Shown here: positions 23,881 to 36,586 of the stretch, piece by piece
How positions within the stretch are numbered: position 1 is the stretch's first letter
Layout of the letters: each line of letters starts with the position of its first letter
Assembly: GCA_002633005.1 (NCBI GenBank)
Contig: NMRA01000533.1
Coordinates: 1-64,000, forward strand
DNA: 64,000 nucleotides
Direction: 5' to 3'
DNA from: Phoronis australis
Lineage: Eukaryota; Animalia; Phoronida
Made by a program: the position numbers and the translations under genes
The notes under the pieces: generated by a model
Databases searched by the model: none
What the model was told of the DNA's origin: nothing
The model's input: only the letters and a program-made list of their open reading frames with translations

Positions 23881-26800
23881 GTAAGTTATAGAAAGAATGA
23901 AAATATGCTTGTTATTTTGGTTTTATTTATATACGGCGTGACGCTCGTGTTGGTATCACAGGCATTCGGTTGCGCGCTTCCAATTCGCAACCGTTGAGAC
24001 TGGTACACATCAGCACACGTTTCTAAAACCAGCAAAAAAGATATTATAGAATGCGTTCTTCCGTCCAAAAACATTGAACTATTCGGAAACTACATTTTGT
24101 TTTCGTGAATATGAAACACAGATCCCATGTTCGCTTGAAAACTTCCGTCAAATTCCTTAACGTACATGTACAATCGTCACCATCATCAGTCCTTAACTTA
24201 AGTCCGTTTCGGTAGCCTGTGTCTCAAACTCTTGAAATTTCTCAAACAATTACTCCTTTGAACGAACGCAGTAAAACTTTTTACTCATTGAAGAGTCGTT
24301 GAAGAGCGTGACTGTAAAATTAATGAGCTCCTCTGAAACTCATTGTTTGCAGCGGGCTCACAGACGTCACTGCAGACGTCAGTTGCAGTCTTTGAGCTGT
24401 CTTTTCAAATTTCTTCCACTGGAAATGATTCATGACTCTTATGCCTTCTATAAAGATCTGACAGAACTCCGAACTTATTGTCTTTTCCTATCCGACGACA
24501 ACGCAAACCTTCACAAGTCGCTTGTTCACGATTTTCTGAGTTTCGCTTCGTTAATTCGTTACCTAAGCGCTGATGGTACAGTTTCAGTCAGTTGTTGCTC
24601 CCTCCATTCTTTTGGCCTAAACTTAAGAGTTCTACACTGTGTTCACTCGTGACCCAGATGCCGTTCCGAGTCTCAATGACCAAATTTGGCCATCGGGTTC
24701 AGGTAGGTGACTGCTCTTGCACTACGACGACTTCACTGAGATGACATCTTTCGACGTTCCTGCTTTTCGGTCATCCAGTCGCAGTATGGCATCGCCTTTG
24801 CCGACTGCTTCGATTGTCTTTCTGTCTTACAACAAGACAGGCACCTCAAGATAGTGCTGATTGGTTTAGCCATTCAGCCTCATCTTGAGGCTTGGGGGCG
24901 AGACTGGTTTGTGAACTGTTGATAGTCGCACGGACAGTCACGTGATTAGTTATATGACGCCCACCATGCAGTCTATCAGCCAGCGATCGCTTCGACAGTT
25001 GATTCTTGTCCCGGCGTTGAAGACAATGTCAAAGTAGGTGTCCTCACCGCGTGACTCGGCTACTTGGGACCCACGCTCCTAGCGTCAGTTGCTCGCACTA
25101 GCTACATGACGACATTGACCACGTCCAATTTTTTATAACTTTAGACAGGTGATGATGATCTTAATGAATCAAAATTACTCTAGAAAAGTACCATTTAAGC
25201 CTGAGTGTGTGTTGTTTTGCAGTGGGCTCAAGCCAAAATATCATGGATAGAAAGTTGACCGAGATGTTGTTAAAGAACTATGAAAAGACGACGCGACCCG
25301 TGGACAACTCTAAGGATTCTGTTAACGTTACCATGGATATAGGGCTTCGTGCTCTCTCATCGCTGGTTTGTTGAAAATGGTTTCAAATAGTAAGACGAGT
25401 TATAATTATCTTTTACGGAATCAAATGTAACACCATCTCATTTGAAATTAGAGTCGAAAGAAGACTTAAATTGAATGCTTTATAAGATATATTGCCCAGA
25501 CAATTCCACACCTGGGAATGCATTAAAAGGCATATCCTGTACATGTATATGTTTTCTAGTGTATGTCCACGAGACGGCGCACACTATATCAGAATTCATA
25601 TCACCGAATACAATATACAGTGTAACTACCATCACCTTAACTACAGCCACCATCATAATGGTTCCCATTATGCCGGCGACAACTGTATTAACAAGTACAT
25701 GGAGTGTCTCTGTATATGTTGTTGATATCCTTATCAAAAGCTTGCGATGTTGTTATGGTTACAGATTAATATGAACAGTACCAGTACATGTACATTGTTA
25801 TATTAATGAAATAGTTAATCAAACAAACGCAGAACATGTTGTTGTTCTAATGTTTATATTCACGTGATGTTAAGGTTTTCTTCGTCTTCTCCGATGATGA
25901 TCTGTCTTTTAAAAAGCGAAACGTCAAGTATGTTACATGTCAGTCGGGTAAAAACAGTTCGCTGTTGTTTCGATTTTATTGAAGTCTGGGACCTAAGCTG
26001 GAAATCATGTCATGCATTTTAGATTGCTGATAAGTTATGTTATGTAAAAAGAGATTTTATGTCCACAACATTCTTCACAAAGTGGTCAGTTTCTTTAGCT
26101 TCATTAACAATGCAGGTTGGGAAATAGCACTTCAACCAATGAGATACTTTGAAATAGCAACTTGGCGACTGGTCACGTGAGACCAGATACCAGTGGCCTC
26201 TAGAGGACGAGGAGGCATTTAAAACACATTTTGAAAAAGTGTTTACTCACCAAGCTGTTTCCCTATGCCACTCGCTGCGAAGACAAGGTAACTTCTGCCT
26301 CCCGTTCAGTAACGCTAGGACCTAGGTAAATAGCAAGACTTCGCGGGATTACGTGAGATATTGCCGTGCATTTTAAATGAGAGCACGTGACTTTGACTAG
26401 GTTTTAGCTAGGTCCTAGCGTAGGTCCTAGCGTCTACTGAACGCACGCCTGGTTGAGCTACATGTAGAAAGCGATATGAGTCATGGGTCTCACGTGATCA
26501 ACCCCCATTACTTCCTGAAAGTCTCCCATTGGTTTTGCGACGAGCAACTGCTTGATTTCTAACACACTATATCCATTCTAATCCGCTTCGCTTCGTGATG
26601 TTTCAGGATGAACGGTTGCAATCACTCAGAGTCAAAGCTTGGCTACGATTCGTAAGAAACATCTTCTTATTTCCCTTTAACTTAAAGAGGCATGGAAAGC
26701 GAAAGCTCAAGAAAAATATCCTTCAAAAAATTCCTGACGAAAGTACCATTTCCTAAAGTCCACGACAGAATTATTCATTTTCCCCTGTGAGGGAATTTCC

Positions 26801-29800
26801 AGAAAAATCACAAAATTCACGATTTTAGAAATTCGCGCTTAAGAAAAAATCTGTAGTCACCAAAGAGTCTCTAATCTCCTTGCCACTTATGATAAATGGC
26901 TGCGCGCTTGCGCTCCCAATCATTCGACAAATAGCTAATTGACAAGACGGATATTAACAGTAGATTATCATGAGTAATAAGACGCACTCCTAATCTGATG
27001 TGCATTCCAGAATGTATTTGTATACTCCAATGCCTCTATCACTAATTTTAAACACTTAAGACTTACGTCAATTGCTTCTTAATCGGACTGGCTGCTGCTT
27101 GAAGTCGCTATCAAAAGTCAAAAGTCACATTTTTCTTATAAGGGAAATGTGCTAGCCTCTGTCTTGTCATACCAAATAAGAAGATGTGCTTTGTGGGAGA
27201 AAAATTGAAATTTGAAACTAAAAGAAAAATGCTTTGACAACAATAGAAATTCATTTTTTTACGAACAAACCGTAAAAGTAGCAGGTGGATAATTTGAACT
27301 TTGCCCCAGTTTCATAGAGCCACTGTAATTTAGTCTGTTTTCGCGTTCCAGGTATATTTAATCTCACACTTCAGTGCTGTTAAATATGTGAAAAGTTTTA
27401 GGTTTGCCAAAAGTTGCCCTTGAAAGCTACCGGTGGATGAATTTCATAACCATTGCAGTTGATAGTCTAATGTCTAAACTAATATACATTTTGAAAGAGG
27501 ACTGGTGCTCAGCGGGCTTTACTATACATGTATACATCAGTGCGCGTGTGTGTGTGTAGGTGTATGGTCTGGTTGTAATATCACCAGCGAATCGTTAATG
27601 CATTCGTTTTAGTACTGGTACGACGCCTCCTTAAAATGGAACGCTTCACAGTATGGGGGCCTAGAAAGAACGGAAATACTGTCCAGCAGTATCTGGTTAC
27701 CAGACATCGTGCTGATCAACAGGTTCGTCAGTTGTATGTACATCTTCGTTACGTCAGCCTCAACATGGACCAATCATTACAATGAATTTTTACATTTCTG
27801 TGGACATGATAAACAGAAATGAAAGTTTCTGCTGCAATAATGCGAAACAGTAACGCGTTTTTGCCCTCCGTCTTTCAATCATTGTTGCATTTCCTTTAAA
27901 ACTGACGCGCAGGAAGTTCATGATTTCTCTTTGAAAGTTTCAATGCAAATGTCACCGATTTCGGATAATCGGTTGAAAAGGGGTGCGCTCAACGTACATT
28001 GTAAAGCAACACAATTTTAACAAGCCGCTCACGTGGATGGAGACATAAAATGCAAATACACGTTGATCCTGACCGCATACAGGAACAATGTATCAAAACC
28101 TCTTTAATTATAATTTGTTCGGAAAGCCTGATGGATCAACATCTGGCCGCGTTCTTCAAAAGATTCTGACGTCTCTGATGAGTTTTGGTGAATAGAGATG
28201 ACGCCAAACACAATCACAATTGATATTTTGATGCGGTCACGTGGTCTCTTATTGTCATCTTGTATGTGTGCTTCCGGTTTTCCGTGTTGTTAGCTTGATA
28301 TCTCCAGACCTCAACGATCAAATCTTCATGAAATTTGATAAAAAGGTGCAGACAATCACCAAGGCGGCGCATGCCAGATTTCGAACTGCCTGCCTCTACG
28401 GCCGAGGAGAGGCGAGAGGGTTTTCATCTTTTAGGGTAAATATTTTGCGGATGGTATTTCGAAAACTGAAAAATGGATTTCAACGAAACTTGACGCAAAA
28501 AACATTGGAGGATTATGCACCAGCACCAGTTGATTTTCGTGCAGACTGAACTTCTGCAGCGCCCCGTATTGGTCATTTTGATCCCATCTTGATTCTGTGG
28601 GTTCTTTAGAGAGAACCACTTCGGAATGCTATCCGGGAATCCGTGTAAAACTTGACACAAAAGTGAGGACAATTCAGTTCACTTTCGCCAACACCCCCTA
28701 GTGGCCATTTTACACGTTCGTCTTGTTGTCTGCTCAATATCCTAAAACCACTGGTCGTAACTGGACGAATGGTACAAAAGTGCATGTATAAGGAATAGCT
28801 TTGACGGCTCATGCTACTTATCAATTTACCCCAGGGTTGGAGAATTTGACCGGGTGAAAAGATGAATGATAACAATCGATTTTCTGTCGGGTTGTTCTAC
28901 TGCAGAACCCTTTAGCGGCCATTTTGTTTTTTGTTCTCAATAATGCCCTGGTCGTGTTCTATAAAATTTTGCACAAGGCTGTAGCGTATAGCTAGGGGTT
29001 TCAATTTGCCCCAGCTACGTGAAAATGGTGTGGGCTTTTCTGTATTTTTGGGAAGAACATCAACGGATGAGAACCGTTTCACGGATTTTAATGAAAATCA
29101 ACACAACGACATGTGTCGACAATGAGCAGACACCAATAGCCTTTGATATGGAATTAACTACTGCAGCTCCCCCTAGGGGCAACAATGACCTCGACAAGGG
29201 ACCTTTTCAGTACTTGTAGAGGAAATGCGTATTTGAGTGATACTTTGAGAACCAAATGATGGATTCTAATGATCCTCGAAGCAGACGCACGTGATGGCAA
29301 TGCGCTAATCCATTTTTCTGCCCAGTTAGGTCGGGGGGCTTTTTAGCATTTATAGACAGTCGTTCTGGATTGTTGGGTTGTTTGAATAAACTTGACACGC
29401 AAATACGTTACAACAATGCACCGGCGCCAGTCGATGTTCTAGCGTATTTGACGCTTCAGCACCGTGCCTATAGTGTCCGTTTCATTTTGGGAAATATCAC
29501 GGCTACCAGTTTTGAGTAGATTGCACAACTATGAATTTCTGCCCCCATTGTGTCATTTTGTGACACTAGGAACTACTGGTTCCTAGTGTGACACCAGTTA
29601 TCCGTTTTGATAACCAAATCGTTTGCTGTCGATCTGTGGCCGTATATCAAGGCTTTTTTCATATTGATTAGTGCCAGCACTGGGCCGTTATTTCGGTTGG
29701 ATGAAAAATTCTGCAAGGCTCACTTGGCATTTAGTAATGGCAATCCTTGCAATACATGAGGTCAACATTTGTTTGTGAAATTTAAAACAAATGTTGAAAA

Positions 29801-32800
29801 TATGGCAAGTGTATAGAGAAAAGGGTCTTACTAACGTACTGTTTTCACCTGTAAAACCGTGTCCGTGTTTTCCTATTTGTGTTATTTAGGATGACATTAT
29901 CCGTGAGTTTTCATAATTGTCATACTCCGCATTACCCTCATTCCAGTGACACCAACGACCCATTGTCCGAGAACGACGAACTTGTTGTAGTTACAAACCG
30001 TGGAAATGTTTCCTGGAAATTCCCTGTTATCATTGAAAGTCAATGCAAGTTGGACCTCACATACTTTCCGTTTGATGTGCAGGTATGTATAAGATATCGC
30101 AATGATGCTCCGTCTCCACGTAACGCTGATAACCCATAATCCGCCCACTAGCTTCCAGTTGACTTTCTAGTGACTTAAAATTACTGTACTGTTCCCAGAG
30201 GCCGGCTTCAATTTAAAGGGGAATGCCACCCTTTTTAATTAGCCTTTTTACCGACTTAATCAGTCTATATCCACATCGCCTCTTATACGGTCGACCTCAC
30301 CTTGCCAAGAGGGGTCGCGTCAATCTATGAGAAAGGTGAGAAACGACGCAGCGACGTCAGTGGTTCATTTGCAGAGTGAATGCCGCTATATTGCGGTTCC
30401 CGCTCCTGCTTGTATGAACTATGAAAATGCGACGAAAGCGGGTATATCTTTTTCGACTTCCTCGAGAGCCCAAAATGCTTAGGAAGTGGCTGGCAGTAAT
30501 GAAAAGTACTCTGTTAATAGCAAGTATCAGGGGCGGATCCAAACGTTTGAGGCCAGGGCAGCAAAATGTTTGGCTTGCACTGTAGATATTTTTGTCACGC
30601 CATTCCAATGTTTTGGATCAAGAAACTTGTAATTATCTGACATGATACGTCGCAGATCATTGTAATTATTAACCTTTCCTCATGTAAAATTCTCAAACTG
30701 AACTGACTACGAACTAATCCAGACCTTGTGAGTTTGTTGCACCGTTATTATAGCCCAATATTATAGGGACAATTACATTTTAAACTCCCTGCACTTTATG
30801 GACTGCCATTTAAAATGCGGGGCCAGTTCAACTGTCGTAACTATGTGACGTCTACTCCTAGCCTAAATGGAGACTTTGGGCAACACTTAGGTTCACAAGT
30901 ATCGGTGTAGACACTGCGTGAAGTCAAGGACGTATACCCCACATTGGTCTTTCTAATCGTTGCATTCAGTGATTTTTATCACATACGGATTGTTATAGTT
31001 ATAAACAGCATACTTAGTAAATCAGGATTTAACTAGTGAGTCCCAGTTTTGCTGTCGTGCATTGTAGAGGAAACCTAAAACAGCAGAGTCTCAATAAAAA
31101 CCAAGAGACGTGGCATCGCTTTAATATTACAGTCCATTCAAGAGACTTAAAGATTTTAAGTGACTCTCTATTACTCATTTTAAGGTGTGCCAGTTGAAAT
31201 TTGCCTCGTGGGTTTTTGCGCAAGCTCAAATGGACCTTCACGCGGTGGGATCACGTGGAGACACAAGCGTGTTTCAGGGTATGTACATTCCTTTACACCA
31301 TAGACTATATGATAGAAGTAATTATTTGTTTTATGTTTCCATATGTCTATATAGGCGTGCCAACAGAACTTGGAAATCTTGTCTAGAGTACATGTATAGG
31401 CTCCAGTACGATCAGTTATTAGTGTAGTGTAGTGTAATGTAGTGTAGTATGAGGTGGTGTAGTGTAGTTGCGAGCAAAAAGTGTAGGAACGTGTATTAGT
31501 GTGACCGATTTAGGCTACATGTATCTGTTAACTGATCAGGCAGTTGTGCTGAAGCAAAAACAAACTTTGGATTCCAGAGAGCAAGTCATGGATACTGAAC
31601 AGCTTCAAGACCGGAAGAAACCTAACGACTTACGGGAGCGGTGACAAATTTCCTGACGTGACCTTCTATCTAAGTTTGACAAGAAGACCTCTTTATGTCT
31701 TGTTCAACTTGGTGAGGACATTAACAGATACGTGCCTAGAGTTCTGTGTTTCATAAAAGATTGGTCTATATGGCTGCAGATCCCAGCAAGATTACCAATG
31801 AAGCTTTTCAAGCCACCCCCTCGGTCTCGTAGCTGCATGATCCCGTCTTAGTGATATTTGGACAAACCTGTAACTTGGAGATGGGGGAATGCGAAGACCG
31901 AGGAGGTGGAAATTGTCTATCGATGGGTAAATGCTTTGGAGACTGAGAAGTGTACCTTCAATATTGTGACTTATATACTGTATCTCGTATAGCTCAAGGC
32001 CTCAACCGAGAATTCGGCCACTCAGACTGGCAGCAACAGCAAATGTTTATTTATAAATCGCTTTTCACCGATCTTGGTTTCCAATCGATTGCTAAATTAA
32101 TTGAAATCTAGACCCTTCACCTATCAGTCGAATTCAAAACATTTACGAAATCGTCTACTCCCCACTTGTAGGCTGTAGCTATGAGCAAAGCGTTGGGAGT
32201 TTTGGCCCCTCATGTTCCCTTTGACCAATCCATGTTCACCGATGTATCGTTTTTGACTGATTATGTCCATTATGACTGATTACATCCATTTTAACCATTT
32301 AATACGTTTTGTCCAATTATGTCAAATTTTGACCAATTATGACTACTTTTACGTCTTACATGTACGTCCATTTTCGCCCTATATAAATTATTAAGCCGTT
32401 CGGTCGGTTCAGGTATACTAGTTTGGTGTTCGAAGTAATCGGTATTATGGTGCATTAAAACGGCCTTTAATTCCATATTTATCAAATAGGCGGAAGTGAA
32501 CCTAATGTGTCATAGGTCGTGACTCATCATTATGTCTATTCTGACCCATCATATCAATTTCTACTGGTTAAGTACAATTTATCCTTGGAAATGGATGTAA
32601 AAACCCAATTCACCCATTAAACGGTTTTGATCCCGTATTAGTTTAGACTTAAGCGTAATTTGCGATCCACAAATGGTCTATAATGACCAAATTACCGCAC
32701 GTGACTTGGATACTGTTTTGGGATACGTCTTTTATCCATTTTGATGCTCACATCAGACTAGAGCAAGATAGGGCATAACCTTGGCAAGTAGCATTAGTAG

Positions 32801-35800
32801 TTTTCAAACTATACATATAACGACACACTCAATCAGCTTCCGCCATACTTGAAGGAATTTCTGGCCAGAAAGCAGTTTAGCTGCAAATTTGCCATGATAA
32901 ACTATCATTTATATTGAACTGAAGTCAATTCAATGTGACGTTGTGGCGGCTAGCCACCTTTTTTGAAAGGACTTCTAACCAAGTGGTCAGATTTCGACAA
33001 ATTGCACTAAACCGCACCGTTCATACTTAGTGAGCACTTAACGAGTCAACTCCACTGAAAGGAAAGGTGTGTTTAGTTACGATACTGGGTTCCAACAGTT
33101 TTTCGAATTTCAAGATTACCTAGACAGCTTCTTTCGAAAGCTACTGTCTCAAAATTACATCAAACTGCATCAATTGTAATCTACTGGCTGTTTGTTTGCC
33201 GACTTTAGTACCAAAGCCCACGCCAAGGAAGGTCCTGCAGCCATAATTCTTCTATGCTTTATAAATAGCCTAAATGTACATATCGTAAGCGTCTTTTGCT
33301 TACAAGGATAATTAAACCGATACCCGCCACACTCAATTCCAAGTGCTCGTGAAGAGAAACACCTAGGCCTGAGACTAGCCACGCTTCAACTTTGGAATTC
33401 CTGTTTGTGACTGGCACATATCCAAACGCACTATCGACTAAATTAAGTTCCATCTTTTCTGTCACAATCACGGACGTCAGAATGTCACATTCATGCAGAG
33501 TAATTGAGATTGAAAAATAAACGAATAGTCCTTTTTCAGGTTCTGCCAGTTTCTATGATTACTGTCATTGGAATGCTCGCGTTTTGGCTGCCTCCTGATG
33601 ACGGCGAGAAGATTGGTCTCTGCGTCACTATGCTGGTGTCGCTGTCGTTCATTATGCTGCTACTAGCAGACAAGATGCCACCCGATGTTTCAGTTCCACT
33701 GTTAGGTAATTTTGATAGAAAATGGGCTGACCTTGATTGACAACGCTCTCTGTGCCGGCTACGACATCTGATTGGTCTGTAAGCTGGAAGTCGCGACAAA
33801 GAAGCAACAAGAAATTAGCCGATTTACCCGATGGAATCGGTTGCGAAATCAATCAATTGCAGCTGTAGCTTCTGGGTCACATGCGTAAAGTTCCATTCAC
33901 ATGCACACAGCTTACCCTATAACACCTTGCACTAGTGCAACTCATCCCACTTTTAAGTGGACCGTCCACACACACACACACATACCCGATAACGAGGCAG
34001 TAGTTGTCGCTGTGTACGTGACAATGAACGCCTAATGTGTATACGGCGTGCGAAAGAAAACCCGACTGTATGTAACCTCACCTGCTCATTACTTCCGCCT
34101 TGTCCCAGGTTTGCGTCCACAGAGTAATTAGAATTTGCTCAAGTTACCCTAGAACAAGTTACCTCAACTCGATAAGGCGATGGGGTAAGTTGTGCTAGTT
34201 TAAATAGCATCCACGCAGCCCTTAAATCTAGTAACAACTCGTTCCAGTCATATCTTGTCACTCCAGGGTAAGTCTGTGTGCGTACTGGACTGAAATCAGA
34301 CGACTTTGTATCAAAACTGCCCATCATTCACTGTAACTATCTTGTAAATTAAACCTTTCCACAATTTCTCGACCTAATGCAGTGGGAAAATACCATTACC
34401 AAAAGTTCGTTAGTAAGAACTCGTGTTCGTATGAGAACCTCACTGGTAATGGAAAATTCGTCTATTATACTATGTCAGAGATTGACAGTGGGTTTGTTTA
34501 AAAGGTAGCTATGCTTTGAGATTGTGCGTATATGGAGAGTGAATAATCAAATCCAGTAATTAATTTATTATATGATAGACTCTAATTAGACAATTGAAAC
34601 CTATTGTTAATTAAGTAATTAACTACAAAGAAGAGTAACTACGCTAGCGCCCTCTTTAAAGATTACTTTAATCAATCAACCAAAATAATCAAATATAGCG
34701 CATCTGATTATCTTGTTGATTTCAGCCCATAATATAACATTCTACTTATTTAATGATTGGCTAATAAAAACCCCATGATCATATCCAATCATATTATTGG
34801 CTGTTACAATTTGTTCTCAGAATTTTCTAGAATCTCTAGAGTACTTTGACCACAGAACCCAAAGTTGTAAACACCATCTAAAAATAGATTTTGACGTTAA
34901 AGTACATGTCACCAAGTCTGACACCATGATTTAAAAGTACATATGCACAATTTTTGGGCAACTTAAAATGGATCTATTCTTACTGATTACTTAATCAATA
35001 TTTATTCTGACATACCATAAGACTTAGATGAAACGATAGTCTCTCCTTCGCCTTCATACGAGTTTAAAGACAAAAAGTGTTGCCTACACTCCCTGGTTAA
35101 ACTGTCGGTTTCTGTTCAATTTGGTCAAATCTCATACGGCGGAAATCACCAATGACGCTGATTGTAGTGAAATATCAATTTTCTTTATTATAGGACAATT
35201 CTACGCTGTAGTGGTCATTATGCTCACTATTACAACGGTACTGTCGAGTATTGTGATCCATACGCACTTCCGAGGAGTTCGCGGCAAACGTGTGCCCAAA
35301 TGGCTTCGAGTTGTTGTGCTCAAAGGACTGGCGAGGTTTCTTTGTTTTGACTTGACGTGCAAGAGCGACCTCTATGGAGACCGCGAGGTAAAGAATGGCT
35401 GCTTTTGTCATTTATTCGTGACTTTTATATTTGTCTTTGCAGATATCCACCTTTATCCTGATTTGAATACTTCCTCAAGTCTCTCAACTCTGTCGTCGTT
35501 TCGATATTTCGCTCGTTTCCTTCCTAACGTTCGGCTTAGCACTGTGTTTACATCTGTCTTCCGAAGCCCCTACCTGACACTTTACAGCACTGAGCTCAAT
35601 TTTGTCCTAGCCTCATTCCCATTTACACTTAGTTTAGTTTCTTTGTCGTGGTAGTCAATTCTTGTCCATTCTTCATTATGCTTGTTCCACTTGCATTGTA
35701 ACTCGAATGCTTTCCTGGATTCTTATCTTCCTATGTCTTACATGCACCTGTTTTCTCTAAGTTTCAAATTTTCAAGCTTATGAATGCCCCAAATGACACC

Positions 35801-36586
35801 CACTTTCCCCTGAGTCCCTCTTCAACCACACCCATTCTTCGAGAATTAGTATGCACTGGTTTTGATTTCAATCCCAGTACTTCTGACTGGCCCTTTGGCT
35901 CTTTTTCAAAAACTGTTTACTTTGAATACAGGTGTGTGGTTAATAAACTTGCTGCAAAACTGTTCAGTGAAACTGTTCGATTTTGACCACTCATGGTTTT
36001 GAAGCGAGTCTTCACTTGTTCGTCAACACCGTTAGAAATAATTTCTGGAATAGGAAGAACTGAAAATATACAACCACTTGTATGTTCTAAGAAAGAGCAA
36101 TCTTTGACCATAGTATCAATGAAAAATGATAGGAGGCGCTTTATAGCAGTTGTATGAAATTCGCTTTAGACACGCGAAAAAAGGGTTATTTTTACTTAGG
36201 GTTTGCCTTAGACTGAAACAAATAGAAATGTCGCTCCAAAATGTTCGTATAAAAAACTACAATTCTCACAGGGTAATCTTAACACAACTTCGATGAAGAG
36301 CTTCAGCAACTATGGCATGACGAAAGACCATGAAACTTCAGACAACGAAAAGTCCAACAACACTCAAATGATAGACAGTCCCGTTCTGCACGAGATCAAT
36401 GACAAGTTGCAAAACATCGAGACGACATTGATGTCGCGACAGAAGGCTGAGGAAGAGCAAGGAGAGCTGGATACAGATTGGCGTAATGTTGCCATGGTGA
36501 TTGACCGCCTGTTTATGTGGATTTACTTGATTGTCTGTTTATTGTGTGGTTTAGCTTTGATGTTGCGCAGACCTCCTGAAAACTAG
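23829..36586 (+). CDS. Cys-loop ligand-gated ion channel, nicotinic acetylcholine receptor-like non-alpha subunit; 10 exons, 462 aa
   Basis: Exons 23829-23880, 25223-25365, 26607-26651, 27613-27722, 29947-30082, 31185-31278, 31578-31711, 33540-33705, 35194-35387 and 36272-36586 join in frame (1389 nt). Features: signal peptide, NYEKTTRPV, WLPDIVL, Cys loop C-x13-C (CKLDLTYFPFDVQVC), RRPLY, GEK-M2, M3, and WRNVAMVIDRLFMWIY (M4). Confidence 0.92.
25223..25365 (+). CDS. nAChR-like exon 2 (...LLKNYEKTTRPVDNSKDSVNVTMDIGLRALSSL)
   Basis: ttgcag| ... CTG|gtttgt; Y-x4-RPV motif. Confidence 0.9.
26295..26451. mobile_element. ~165-bp MITE family, copy B (nAChR intron 2)
   Basis: gcctcccgttcagtaacgctaggacctag ... 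ctaggtcctagcgtaggtcctagcgtctactgaacgcacgcctg. Confidence 0.75.
26607..26651 (+). CDS. nAChR-like exon 3 (DERLQSLRVKAWLRF)
   Basis: Typical 45-nt exon carrying the loop D Trp. Confidence 0.88.
27613..27722 (+). CDS. nAChR-like exon 4 (YWYDASLKWNASQYGG...IWLPDIVLINS)
   Basis: Typical 110-nt exon, loop A. Confidence 0.92.
28225..29595 (+). mobile_element. Possible Helentron/HINE-like interspersed element with internal degenerate repeats and a 3' hairpin
   Basis: Recurrent units (aaacttgacgcaaa...tgcaccagcaccagttgat and aaacttgacacgcaaa...tgcaccggcgccagtcgat) and a terminal stem acactaggaac-tactg-gttcctagtgt at ~29563-29589; the family assignment is inference. Confidence 0.35.
29947..30082 (+). 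CDS. nAChR-like exon 5 (...GNVSWKFPVIIESQCKLDLTYFPFDVQ)
   Basis: ttccag| ... CAG|gtatgt; first half of the Cys loop. Confidence 0.92.
31185..31278 (+). CDS. nAChR-like exon 6 (VCQLKFASWVFAQAQMDL...)
   Basis: Second Cys-loop Cys and loop B Trp. Confidence 0.9.
31578..31711 (+). CDS. nAChR-like exon 7 (ESKSWILNSFKTGRNLTTYGSGDKFPDVTFYLSLTRRPLYVLFNL)
   Basis: ttccag| ... TTG|gtgagg; loop C without Cys-Cys; not in the ORF track. Confidence 0.9.
33540..33705 (+). CDS. nAChR-like exon 8 (M1-M2)
   Basis: VLPVSMITVIGMLAFWLPPDDGEKIGLCVTMLVSLSFIMLLLADKMPPDVSVPLLG. Confidence 0.93.
35194..35387 (+). CDS. nAChR-like exon 9 (M3 and start of the intracellular loop)
   Basis: QFYAVVVIMLTITTVLSSIVIHTHFRG...VPKWLRVVVL; donor GAG|gtaaag. 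Confidence 0.92.
36272..36586 (+). CDS. nAChR-like exon 10 (MA helix, M4, stop)
   Basis: cacag|GGT in frame with DWRNVAMVIDRLFMWIYLIVCLLCGLALM; TAG at 36584-36586. Confidence 0.9.
   Translation, partial: GNLNTTSMKSFSNYGMTKDHETSDNEKSNNTQMIDSPVLHEINDKLQNIETTLMSRQKAEEEQGELDTDWRNVAMVIDRLFMWIYLIVCLLCGLALMLRRPPEN

Noticed and set aside
25475-25774. Hydrophobic/Thr-rich ORFs on both strands in nAChR intron 2
   Set aside because: Low-complexity cac/cat-rich sequence with no splice context or recognisable domain
35388-35654. Extension of the 177-aa ORF beyond the M3 exon
   Set aside because: A donor at 35388 splices in frame to the M4 exon, so the extension is intron read-through
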